DNA of 56,388 nucleotides, counting the filler, from Circinaria calcarea (lineage: Eukaryota), in NCBI GenBank assembly GCA_051942165.1. It is 4 parts of 4 records of this genome, joined end to end, with 100 filler letters (N's around TTAATTAATTAA, not from the genome) between each part and the next. Parts side by side here need not be neighbours in the genome. Positions count along the whole stretch, not along the records: positions 1 to 14,051 come from JAVECS010000459.1; positions 14,152 to 28,193 come from JAVECS010000460.1; 2 more parts are not named here. The stretch is one strand, 5' to 3'. Below, in pieces: positions 12,373 to 24,339 of the stretch (position 1 is the stretch's first letter; every line of letters begins with the position of its first letter). The notes beneath the pieces are model-generated. The model worked only from the letters and a program-made list of their open reading frames with translations. It made no database searches and had not been told where the DNA came from. The translations under genes were made by a program, and so were the position numbers.

Positions 12373-12647
12373 ATGCGGCTCGCCATCCTCTTCCTCGAGC
12401 TTGTCGCGGTACTGCCCCTTGTCTTGGGAGCTCCGATAGCACCTAAAAGTACCGGCTTATTGCTTGCAGCACGAATGAAGCTTATATTTGTATAGGTTCG
12501 GACTCTATCAACAGCATGATCTTTTACTACAATCAGGATCTAATCGAGCGTGGCAAGGAGGCATCGGAGGGACTCGCTAAACGTGTGGATATCGACAGCA
12601 TGGTCCTCCGCTACGACGAAGAGGTGATTGAACCAGGCAAGGAGTAG
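12373..12647 (+). CDS. Putative RiPP precursor / Kex2-processed repeat peptide (75 aa)
   Basis: Exons 12373-12448 and 12496-12647 with a 47-nt GT..AG intron. MRLAILFLELVAVLPLVLG-APIAPKSSD-SINSMIFYYNQDLIERGKE-ASEGLAKR-V-DIDSMVLRYDEEVIEPGKE*. Signal peptide, KR site and 84-nt internal repeat. Divergent from the DUF3328 gene. Confidence 0.75.
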
Positions 12648-13551
12648 TTGGAGGGACTCAGTACACGCGTGGAGACCGAAAGCATCATCTCCATTTGATG
12701 TGCTAGAAGGGCTCAAAGATGGTAGACAGAGCACAATCTGGAGCGGTATCAAGTCATGATGTTTTTCCCGAGTTTCAACGGAACGTAACGAACTAACGTG
12801 GGGCAAGAAGTCGACGGGGTTCTGTTAGATGGCTTTGGTCCGTTAGTTCAGAATAAACCAAAAAAAGATGCGTTAGGATGCCTTCAACTGCGCTGTGCCT
12901 CCTCTATGCATGTAGTTGACTATTGAATGGAAATCGATTGTGATGGTCTGCGAATGCGGGAAGTAAGCACTCTGTAGCGTTGTGGCTCTCCTAATTGGCT
13001 TTAGCCTGGGAGTGAACGGCGCATCCCCGCATATGACTTGCATTAGATCAAGGCACATTTTGGCCTCGCAATGGCAACGGGGAAGATCACGAACTCGAAT
13101 GTGGCAGGTGTCACCACGCGGATACTACGTTACGCGGGAATGGTTCTGATTGTGGTTACCGATGATGCGGATACACCAGACTTTTTGCCAGATCCGAGTT
13201 TCATCCACACGATTTCGGGTGGGCCTGGGCGACCCATAACAAAATGTCTCCTTATTTGTGGGGAAGGGGGGAAAAATCGACCACGGTTGACATCATCGAT
13301 AAAGCAAAGTTGCTCGCGATCAGATATCTCTGTGCCTAGGCTTACTTACGATACTGTACCGAGTGCCAGCATCAGATATCTCTGCCTCGGGTGTCAATCC
13401 CAGCTTTCTTTCCAAATGTAATCGGCTACGTTTGAAAGTAAAAATCCGAGCTAGATATATTCCACTTTCTCCGAAAAGCTCTCAAGCAGTTTGGTAGAGA
13501 AGACTAGAGTCTTGCTGTTTGAAGATATACCAAGAGTTTGAGATTTTGATA

Positions 13552-14051
13552 ATGGATCCAGAAGGCGAGAAAACCTCACGACTTTCTCAGGTCAACAATT
13601 CTCACGATGCAGCAACGATCGAGAAGGGTGTAACAGCTGAAGCGTGCAGTACGGCAGAAAACGAGGTTACCACGCCAGCTGTATTCGACTCAGTACCCGT
13701 CAGGAAACTCCCCTTAATATCAAACAGTCCTCAACGCGTGAAAGTTATCCAACTGCTTGGAGCTCTAGCTGCTATCGGGGCCGGAACAGCGAGGCCGCTG
13801 ATGACTCTTGTTTTTGGAGGATTAGTCAACAAATTCAACAGCTCTGGTGATCCTGTTGCGCTGAAAAACCTTATCGATCACGAAGTCCTGTTCCTTGTAT
13901 ATCTCTTTGTCGGTCAATGGGTTCTCGTTTGCAGCTATGGCATTTTCTTCTCCATCTCCGCCATGCGCTTTTCAACCAAACTTAGAGCCGCCTATCTACG
14001 TGCTGCAATATCACAGGACTTCAGGGACATAAGCCAAGGCGAAGTGGCCAA
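13552..14051 (+). CDS. ABC transporter, ABCB/MDR type (5' part only, cut by contig end)
   Basis: First TM-domain pattern GALAAIGAGTARPLMTLVFGGLVNKF...LFLVYLFVGQWVL...KLRAAYLRAAISQD. Confidence 0.85.
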
Positions 14052-14151
14052 NNNNNNNNNNNNNNNNNNNNNNNNNNNNNNNNNNNNNNNNNNNNTTAAT
14101 TAATTAANNNNNNNNNNNNNNNNNNNNNNNNNNNNNNNNNNNNNNNNNNNN
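14052..14151. other. Artificial contig-joining linker (N44-TTAATTAATTAA-N44)
   Basis: Palindromic six-frame stop spacer inside Ns. Genes on both sides are truncated. Confidence 0.97.
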
Positions 14152-15965
14152 CAGCCCAGCCGCTACGAGACAACTCCCCGCCCAAGCCCACGCACTCGCC
14201 TCGTAGCAGGCCCTCCCGTAACACAGGCCCCCTTCCCCCGTACCGCGCATATACACGGCCGAATAAACCGCGCTCCAGACCGCTGCACCGCCTGCGGGGG
14301 CAACGGCCACAATACCCCAATTGGTGCCAAAATTCTGCACGCCCCAGACGACGCTGATGACGATGGGGGTAAGGGAAAAGACGGCGCCGTAGGCGGTGCC
14401 GGCGAGGACGGAGATGAGCTGAAAAAGGGCTGGGTAGGTTGGGAGGAGCGGGGAGGCGAGGAGGAAGAAGGCGACAGCAAAAATGAGGGTGGCGAAGAGG
14501 AGGAAGGTGAGGCGGGAGATGACAAAGGGGTTTTTGCCTGCTGTGGAGGAGAAGGAGGAATCCGTGGATGAAGAGGAGTGAGTCGGAGGTCGACAGTGGG
14601 TTGGCGAGGAAGGGGAGGGAGCGAGCAGATCAGAGAGGGCGCCGGCCAATAAGCGAGCAAAGGTGGACGAGAATGCGAAAATGGAGACATGGGTAGCGGC
14701 TGAGTTGAACGGTGGGGCCGAAGAGGGAGGAGGGTACAAGCTGCCAATCATGGTGCCGAAATTGTTGAGAAAGGCCTCGCCGGGACCGGTGACGAGGAAG
14801 AACCCGGCGGCGAGGAACCACATGGTGTGATCGGCGAGGAATCGATGAGTTTCACCGTTCAAAAGCCACGTCTTTTTGCGCTCTTCTTCTTCTTCATGAG
14901 CTTTGCTTGTGGCTGCTTCGCGGCGGGGGTTCTCCTCCCCCTCAGTGGACAGGCGGCGTTCACTGGTAATGGTGCCGTAATTGTTGGCATCATGGAGGAC
15001 GGAGCGTTGGAAGAATGCGCTCTCTTCCAAAAGTCCACTTTGCTCCAGTTCCTCCACGGCTTCATCAATTAGCTCTTCCTCGTCTACGACTCTCAAACCC
15101 ACCGCCCCTATCAGACCCGCGCCAAACAACGTGCCAGCGAGGAACAAAAAGTACCGGAACACATCAACATCCCCCCTCCCTCCATCAGGTTGTGGCTCAT
15201 ATAGTAGTCGACTACCAACTTGACTCTGCCACAGCCCGCTCAGTCCAAGCGCCGCAATAGGTATCGCAAGCGTTATGCCCCGATGATTCCCTCTCGCAAA
15301 ACTCTTTGCGCATGTCGTAACAGAGGCTAGGTACATGCCGCTAGTACCTATTCCCACCATGATAAACGCCAGGACCATGACTTCAAAGGGCCATCCTTCA
15401 CCCCCTTTTTCAACCGGAGGCCCCCGATGATATGTAGACGCTGCGAGCAAGTATCCAGGGCCGAGTAGTAAAGCCGATGCGAGTGCGATGAGTCCTGGCG
15501 AATGACGATCGCAGAGATATCCAATGATTGGGACAAAAAGATATAATGCCAGCTCCGCCGCAACGGAGACGATGTTGACCTGAGACTGGGTGTAATGGAG
15601 TCGCGAGAGGAAGAGATGACCGTAAACGGAGAAGGCGGTGATTGAACCTGCACAGAGACTACGAATTCGTATGCCACGTCAGCTCCGTTCGTGCAATGAT
15701 CCCACGAAGAGGGGATGAATACTTACCAGTTCAGTATGGCGACTGCAAAGCTCAGATATCTTGTCACCTCCCTGCGCATTTTCCGCCGGTCGCGCTCTAT
15801 CACTCCGTCAACGATATCTTCGAAGAAGCTCTCATCGTCCCTCAGCAGCCCGTTCGGACTAGATGCCCCAGAGTTGTGGTGGGAAGAAGAGGGCCTTCGA
15901 TGGCTATCGAAATCTAGTTTATCAATACCGCCGTTTCGATTGTGGCTAGAAGAGCGAGAATGCAT
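14152..15965 (-). CDS. MCH1: MFS transporter, MCH1-like (last few codons cut by contig end)
   Basis: Exons 15965-15727 and 15658-14152. LCAGSITAFSVYGHLF, IPIAALGLSGLWQSQVGS, FFLVTGPGEAFLNN, VWGVQNFGTNWGIVA. Confidence 0.85.
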
Positions 15966-16432
15966 TCTGTCTTGTCATGCTAAATAAAAAAAAATCTAAA
16001 ATCTTGTGTACATGGCTTTATGGCACATCTCTATACTCCCCATCAGTCGCAGCTGACAGGTGAGAGGATAATGGTCGCGATGCTCCGGTGGACGTTCTTC
16101 ACTCGTGATGACGACAATCTCCCGTTAACAGTAAATACGACTTAGTAAGCAGGTTCTCTATCAAGTCGAGAGATTCACTCGAAGGAGGGTCTCGACGATT
16201 CATGAGATTTACAGATAAAGGTCAATCATAGAGTTGGACGGGTGACATATGGTATATGTACAGTAATCAATAATGCAAAGAGTCTTCACTATTGACCGCT
16301 GAAGACTGAGCCTTTAGTGACTGCCTCGGGGTATAACCGTCAAAACTTATGCAAGCTTAGAGAAATAAGTCGTCCCCTGTCACCTTCTCCTCATCCGATC
16401 TTCGTACCAAGCAAGGTCTCTGAAACCCAGCG

Positions 16433-19400
16433 TCAAAGGCTGACATTTCCCGCATCCTCGTCCTGGCCATCCCCGTTTCCATCCCAGTTATTCGGCTCAA
16501 GATCCTTCCCGGCTCCTTTCTGTGTCAATCCCATGCCCTCTCCCTCTCCCCTCTCCACATAGTAATCTTCATTGTTAATCTCCTTCCATATCCGCAGAAG
16601 ATACATCTTCAATGATCGTAGGCCTCTCAGATAACCCCGATCCACGCCGTTTGGATCCTTCGGCGGACACTGCACATGATCCGGCAACTCATCCTCCCCA
16701 GTAACGCAGTTTGCAAAGTCGACCAGTTTGATATCAATGTTTGATTTGGGTAGCTTTTGGTGCTTGGAACTCTCATCTCTCGGATCAGCCGGACCTTTAC
16801 CTTCGACCTGCGGTTCCTGCTTTTCGGTATCAATGCCAGAGTCGTAGAGGAAAAGAAGACTGCTCGCGTAGAATCGATATCCAGGGAGATTGCGGATCAT
16901 CTTTTCCAACTTATCAATCTTCCCTAGGACAACGGGAATGTGCCGTAAGACGCTGGCGTAAGTTACACCGTCGTATAAGAACCTTTTGAGAGCGTCTTGA
17001 AACTCCCGACCAGCTTTGAGATCCCGTCCGGCGTATTTATCTTCAAAGATGTACTCCTCTTTCTTGGCATTCCAGACTTGCATCCCACACAGGCGGACAC
17101 CAAGTTGTCGGGAGGTGGTTACTTTACATTTCTGTCGCTGGGACTTCCGCTTCTTCTCATTCGCCTCGATCCCGTACTGGCGTGTCCCCATTTTCAAGTC
17201 CAACACACAGGGTCTAAGCATACCAGAGGTCAAATCTTCCAGTAGCAAAAACTGTCGAACGCGCTCATCCGGGTGCAACTGAGCTTGGAGTGGGTTGACA
17301 GGTTTGTCAGTGGCATGGGTTGGCATTTCGACTTTTCTCCTTGTATCCGGTATAGGCATATTGTCAAGCTGTTGATTTCCATGCCCGTTAGATCTGGTAT
17401 CGGTTGTGTGGCGGGCCTCTGCGGATCTTACAATCCCTTCGACGGATGCTGGCTTCAGGGCTGGCGACTGCTCTTCAAGGTCCATTGAAAACAGCTCCTC
17501 TTCACCGTCCCCGCCATAACCCTCATCTTCGAAGTATTCAAGATTGCTTCGTTTGTTACTGTTCACGTTACACTGTCTCCTGCGTAGCCCGCTGCCCGAG
17601 TGACGTCTTCGGATACGCTTACCATTTGCAATCGGTAATTCATCTACTTCGAATCCTGTAATATGGGTCCTTTCAAGTGACTCTATGTCTGGTGTAACTA
17701 GTGAATCGATTGGCATCGACCCTCCTTGCATTTTCTGCCGACTTGGTAGACTGATAATGTGACTCGGTTCACCATTCATTAATGGCGATGCATGACCTAT
17801 GCCCCCATTTGTTTCGCCCTCGGTCACGCCATTGCCATGAAGATCGGGATCCGAGTTGCGACTTTGGAGTTGTTTTTCTTTAGTATCGGGCCATCTTGGC
17901 GGTTTACTGCGATTCCGCTTATGACGATGTTGATGGTGATGGATTGGCGGTGGTGCAAAGACTTCGCGTAGGACTTGCTCTTTCAGCTTAGTATTGACAG
18001 TCGTTGCGCCCCAGCTAGGATGCTGCTTATGAAGAGGTGGTCTGGTCAATGATGCTACACGTCCCTTAGCTGGCTCACAACCCCGAGGACTTGAATCCAA
18101 GGAAATTTTCGAAGATACACGAGTCTCTTGTTGGTTGGTCCCAGCCAAGCCATTGGACGGCTGTGAGCCATTATGACGGGGTGGTGAACGAAACCAATTC
18201 TCGGGGATGATGTGGCGATTGTTCGCGAAGATAACCTGGGGTACAGGCTCGTTCTGTTGGGAATGACTGACAACCCGGGCTGATGAGATGCTAGCCTCTT
18301 TGGGTGTAGATATTGCATTGTCAGAAGGAAGGGCTGTAACGCTGCTGGGTTCGTCCAGAGCAGGTTTTGAAGATTGGCCACCTTGCAAAGAATTGTCTTC
18401 TTTCACTATTCTCTTGCGCTTCGGTGCCTTTCGATAGGTGACATTTAGCACACCGATATATCTAGATCATACAGAAACTTTCCGTTAGCCTATAGTAATC
18501 TATATTCAAGGCCTAATTCAACTATGTTTAGTACTTTAAACAAGATTCAGTTGGGCAACTCGAGCACATCAATGAAATCTAATTGCGTACCTCGGTAGAA
18601 ATCTGAGCAACTCTGGGTGTCTACGCTCCACAACTTCATAGAACTCATTTTCTCTATTACTCAGTTGTTTGCAAACAGCACGTTTGGAAAACCGGAAAAC
18701 AGTACTATGTCCGCCGACCTGGTGCTTATAGGGCTTCAATTCAACGGCATTTAGCGGTACGGCACCCCGCTTCTTGCGGCGAGTTACGTGTTCTGGAACA
18801 TTTGAAGTAGCTGTCGGGGTTGCATCACCATCGTCGGTAACGCCTGATTCTTCACCTCGTACAGAGTGCGTAGTATCATCCCAAGACTCGTATTCAGTAT
18901 CAGAAGCCGAAGAAACGGTAGTCTCAAAGAGTTTACCTGCATCCTCAGACACAAGGGGCGTATGCAATAGTGGTAAGTCGCCATGGAAGCACTGACTTTC
19001 ATCTTGAGATTGTAGAGCTATAGTGACTTCCTCGGCCGACTCTTGAGCCTCCTCCTCTGTGACCGTATCCAAGTACTTTGCGCTAGACTGAGGTTGATCA
19101 GCATTGACTGTTTCAAAGTTGTCGTCCTGATTGACGCAAATATCCGGGGACTCCGGAGATGGTGCCTGATGGGGATAGTACATCGCCGACGAGATCTGTT
19201 CCTTTTCTGAATCATCATCGTCTCCCGCAGTATCAGCTGCCCTTGTTTCTTCGTCATAGGGTATTTTACTACTACTGATGGGTTCGCCATTACCATTTCC
19301 TGGAAGAAAGTCTGTCTGTAGTTCCTCGACAAGTTGTGTTGGCCGTGCAGGGCCAGAAAACTCCGTAGGAAAAGTTGATTTACGCCTGTGGGGGTTGCGA

Positions 19401-20716
19401 ATCTCTTCAAGGAGACTTAGGGGTAAGGCAACCTTAGGTGGTTTGACTGATCGCCATTCAATACCTCCGCCCTCGACCACAAGATCTTCTGACAGATCTC
19501 GAGCAGCATACCGTAGACCCGTCGACGCATCAAACGTATTCTTTGGCGACTTCTTGCTAACGGGAGGGGCTCGTATGGGTAAGCGTCGCAATGGCTGCCG
19601 GTATTCGATAAGCTGTTTAGTTGCATTATCTCTGTCTAAGCCCGTACCGTTATGCTGGGTACTATCTTGCGCTGGCGGATGCTCTTTGCCAGCTATAGCC
19701 CTGGGCTTCTCATTGTCTCCTTTGCCAGTTAATTTCTCAGCAGAATTGTCCGTTTCATGCTTCTTGCTCGCAGTCTCCCGCGACCTGTCTTTAGTCTTTT
19801 TCTGCTCTTGCGAGCTTGTATTTTCTTTGAAGAGTCTCAAGTAGTGGCTAGCCTTCCGGCTCCGGGCGTTTGAAGCCGGTTCCTCGTTGGCCAACGTCGC
19901 CTCGATGTTTTTGTCGACATTGTCTCTACTAGTGCTCCGCTTCCTTTTTTCGCTGGGCATATGATCTCGCCGCAGATCAGAACTTCCATCGGCCACTCCT
20001 GAGCTATGGATAGTCCCTGCCCACTGGTTTGATGCTTCAGACATCCGCTTGCAGCCCAATGCGGCTTGTGGTCTTATTCGTGGACTTATTCGTGGATATG
20101 GAGATGAAAATGCTGCTGGTTGGGATGGTGAAACTAAACGCGCAGGCCCCGCGACCGGTTTCTCTAGCTGTCGCCGTGAAGTACCGTGACTGTTCCCTAG
20201 GGCTTTGTAGGATTCATTCGGCGATGCCGGTAAGGATACCACCCTACAGTCTGCCTGCAAATCCGATGGTGTCATGCAAGAAGCTAGAGATGTTATCGAG
20301 GTAGCGGAGCGTGCCTTGTGTGGCAGCAGCGAAGGTTGGCTTGCTTGCGGAGAAAACGGCAGTGGGAGCTCGAGATTGGCCAAGACATCTTGTTGAGGGT
20401 CGTTCTTGCTTCTTTGAGTCGGATGCTGGCGGGGGGTAGTTGCAGCACTGTCGGCATGTAAGTAGTGCGTTGCGAAGATACTCTCGCGTTCAGAGAGCTG
20501 GGGCAGCTGCTCATCAAATGCTTTGGCGGCAAAGGTGGAGGTCGATGCAGGTGGAGATGGCAGAGAGGATTTTACCCGGGACGCGGTTGGCGTTATCGCC
20601 TCGGGCAGCGTTTCGGGTGTCGTCGATACATGGCTTTTAACTGGGACTTCCGCCGACAGAGCCCTCACCAATGGAAGCGGTGAGGTATTTTGTGCAGTGG
20701 AAAAAGGGGTTGACAT
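16433..20716 (-). CDS. KCS1: Inositol hexakisphosphate kinase (IPK family)
   Basis: Exons 20716-18591 and 18461-16433. VELKPYKHQVGGHS, FLLLEDLT..RPCVLDLKMGTRQYG, YASSLL, KLVDFAN. Confidence 0.93.
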
Positions 20717-20905
20717 GAGTCGGACATTGGATCACTGCTATCGCGGGCTGGAGCAGCGTGGGCAGATAATTCGCTGAGCGGTGAGGGATTTGGATTGGGG
20801 ATGCATGAAAAGAGGGCTACTCCAAACTTTGAGGGGAGGTTTGATAAGCGCAGATATCAGCGCCCCTTCTTCTCCACTGTGGTTTCCCTGGCTCTAATCA
20901 CGCAC

Positions 20906-20926
20906 GACGACGACGACGACGACGAC
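20906..20926. repeat. (GAC)7 microsatellite upstream of KCS1
   Basis: Read directly from the sequence. Confidence 0.9.
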
Positions 20927-22508
20927 TGCTTGGACCGTTTCCCGTCCAGGGCTCTCTCGAGGCATAGGATCCCAACGGCCGTGGTTCCTGGCGTTGGCAC
21001 GGATGAATGTGAATGCCGGCATGTGGGATTCCTCTTCCCCGGTGCGGGCACCGCTCTGGTTACAATTCGCCTAGAGCCATCTTCGAGCCATGACGTCGGT
21101 CTTGGCATCCTGCCGAATCCTCCAGGCACGAAACGGACAGTAGTCCGTATCACAGTTGAACCATTCGGAGAGAAACGCCTACTGGATTCCTCCCCGATCA
21201 AAGCACGCACCATGCAGAGAGACAACGGATTCATGCATCCCTCAATTGTTCAGCGAGTGATAGGTCCGCCAATTGGGTTTATCCTAGAAGAAGCGGAAGA
21301 TAAGAAAGTCTGCAAGCCAATCGATGGAGAACGTGCCCATCCTGCATGCCATACCCCCCCATATTGGCGCCATGGGTAGGAGACGAGGACATATCAGTAT
21401 TTCTCGATAGATTACTTCTAATTTCTGGTTGACATGTGGCCTAGGGTGAAGCTGAGGAACCTTAAAGGCCTGATTACGGTTGATGATGATATCCTGAGAT
21501 CATCTGGAACTTCCAACGGCTATTCAAGAGTTGAATACTACCGCGATTCCGTCTGCCAGATACAAAGTGGCCCGATATTGCAGGCAGAGATACTAATGGA
21601 CCCTTGCGAAGAGTGGATAGAGCAGCCCCTCACATCTCCTTCCGGTAGAACTGCAATCGTCCAATCCTCATTTGAGTACGCGGCACACCTGAGGAGCATG
21701 ACCTTCTGGCTCAATCTTTCAACGAGGAGACAAGTAAACAGTGGGACTCGCACCAAACAGGAGCGCCGTTCAAGCCCAAGCTTGGGTCAAATTTACTGCG
21801 TATACGATCCCTCTTGCCGTGTAGCACAGACCTCTCCTACTATTGGTGCGATGCCCGTTTCTACTCATCCTGCGCAGTTCTTCTTTGATGTAACCTATGT
21901 GTGTTGTTCCACATCTTTTCTCACAACCCCGCTTTGGGGTTAGAACCTGCTCGTCTGTATGTTTGAGAATGAGCAATTGAGGCCTTGTAATACAAGGGAA
22001 AGTCAGTAGATGACGGTAACTACCAGATGGAGGTTGCCAAAGTCTAGAGTGGTTTGCTCGGGTTTGTAGTGAGTCGCCAGCACGCGATATATTGCACTGT
22101 GTGCTGGCGGTAGCCCTGAGCGTTCTTATGTATCGATGTGATACTTTCCGAAACCTGGACCACGCAATCTCACTGTTGGATGCAATTTCACTGTCAGTTG
22201 GACTGTGTCACTAGCTCTTTGGAATACTCTTCTTCTCATAAGCTCAGCGGTCTGATCAAGATATTCAAACCCATGCGCCGCTGTTCAACGAGCATAAGAC
22301 TCGAGACGGTTCGGCATACTCGGTAGGGCTGGTGTTAGGCGGCCGTCGCGCTACGTCACGCTAAACCCCGCATTCAACGCCATCAATATGAGCTTAGCTT
22401 ACGAAGTACCGCATTGGAGCTCTCCAGACACAGGAGTTGACGTCCATCTTCTCATCAATCGCATACAGTTCCGTCTAGCATCATCTTCTACCCTCTACTT
22501 TGCTCACG

Positions 22509-23760
22509 ATGTCGGTCAACATGGGTAACCCACTGAGCTCGCTGTCTCTTTCATCGTATATGGCATCAAGCCTGCCCAAAACAGCTGATCCTCAGTTACG
22601 AAACCCGTATGATGCTGTGGCTTTACTTATGCACGCCTGCATGATAGCTGTAGGGTTCAGACTGGTCGGTCTAGGAGAGGATCACAAGATAGGTGAGACT
22701 GGTAATCTTCCTCTGTGAGACTCAACTGCTGACGTTCTCCTCCAGAAGCCAGATCGGAAGCGGAAGACGTACAGCCACTACCGGAAGAATGGAATGCAAC
22801 AAAAACCTCGGACTATGCCTTCCGTTACGCACATATTCAGTCTTCGTTACAATACCTTGTGAAGGTCAGCCGTCTGGGCACCAAAGCTGTGGTTAACGGT
22901 ATGGGTCTCGGTGACGACAAAGTTCACAGTTTCGATGTCAAAATCAGAGACTTTCTCTCCGAATCTTCCTTTCCATTTACCCTCTCGCCCGATACATCTA
23001 CCGAGAACTCATCTAGCCCTCTAACAAACCTCTTCATCTCCGAAGGAAGAATCACAGATCTCGCTTCCTTGCTCAAACTGCAAATCATTCAAAAATTAGC
23101 CCCTAGCCTACGCAAAGAGGGCTATGAGGATTCTCCTCATACACCAACTCAAGAAACGCGTCAACCGGCTCCCGGTCGTGAGCGTGAGGAACCTACTCAT
23201 AATAACCTGCCTGACGAACGACTGGCGCCCTATGCTCAACCCCGCCCCTTTGATGATCCTCTTGCGGCGCAGCCTCGCCGACCGTATCCGGCCGGTGATT
23301 TCCCGCCCCCAGGCTTCGAAGACGAGTACGAGATCAACAGACCTCCCGGACAAGGCAACATAGGCAACGGACGAAGACCCTTAAACATTGGAGAGCGAGA
23401 CCTTTACCCACCTGGTCTGGGCCCTCATGATCCTTTACGAGGTGGTGGCTACGGACCTCGAGGGGAAATAGGTGGAGGCGGAATGCACCCAACGTTTGAT
23501 GATCCGCTGTTTGGAGGAGACAGGGGCCTGGGGGGCTACGATGGGAGGTCTGTTATAGCGACACCTCACACATGATAACCGCTGTTTGTTGAAGATACTG
23601 ATTCCAGGACAGGGCTCCACCAGGTGCTCGTTATGATCCCATTGGTCCTGGAGACGGCCCACCAAATCTCCGTGGTGGACCACGTTTCCCTGGAGGTCCA
23701 ACCGGGGGGTTTGGCGGCACTAATCCATTTGGCAGGTTTGGAGGAAATGATTTCATCTAG
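22509..23760 (+). CDS. FUB1: Proteasome inhibitor PI31-like protein
   Basis: Exons 22509-22692, 22746-23547, 23613-23760. FP domain DAVALLMHACMIAVGFRLVGLGED, Pro-rich C-terminus with IGERDLYPPG, GGMHPTFDDPLF and APPGARYDP, ending GGNDFI*. Confidence 0.9.
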
Positions 23761-24339
23761 AGGACGGCACGGTGAAAAGATACGACACCTGCATCTTCGC
23801 ATAGCGACCGGAAGAGTTTACAAACTCACTGGCATCAAAGGACAAGGGGCTTCAATATGCATTAAGATAACTGGGACTGGCTTGGTGTGCATGGCTAAGA
23901 CTAACAGGACTCACGACAAATTGAAATTATGAAATACGCCCGTTGATATGAGAAACTTCATGTGGCAGTAAAGGTCTCCTAGGGTCTAGACAGGTCTAGG
24001 ATACCATCAACACTATAGTGATAACCTCATAGGAACCCTTTTGTTCCTTTATCGGCCTACTATTATGTACATTGATTCGGACGTTTGCGATTCGAGAAAA
24101 CCTCGAGAGAGCTCGTAGATCCTCCGACATGACCAAAGTATCCGGGACTCCAACTGTAGCTTGCCTATGGCACATCCCAAGTGCACGAAGAACAGTAGAT
24201 TAGATGCGTGCGGAGAATAGTCGAATGACGCGCACTAGCCGTGGGACCCTGTGGAGATCCTGTTTCACTAATTTTTCATCGTCCGTATCTGTAAAGGAGG
24301 TAGGTGAACCTTCAGCAAAGACAAACAGGTGGGAATCGG

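Noticed and set aside
14096..14107. TTAATTAATTAA palindrome repeated three times in the window, as a biological repeat or target site
   Set aside because: Always centred in 88 Ns, so it is an assembly linker.
13552..15965. ABC transporter and MCH1 as convergent neighbours in the RiPP cluster
   Set aside because: Separated by an artificial linker, so they are on different contigs.
20795..21943. 194-aa and 169-aa ORFs upstream of KCS1
   Set aside because: No recognisable motifs. The poly-Asp stretch is only the (GAC)7 microsatellite. Likely promoter or 5' UTR.
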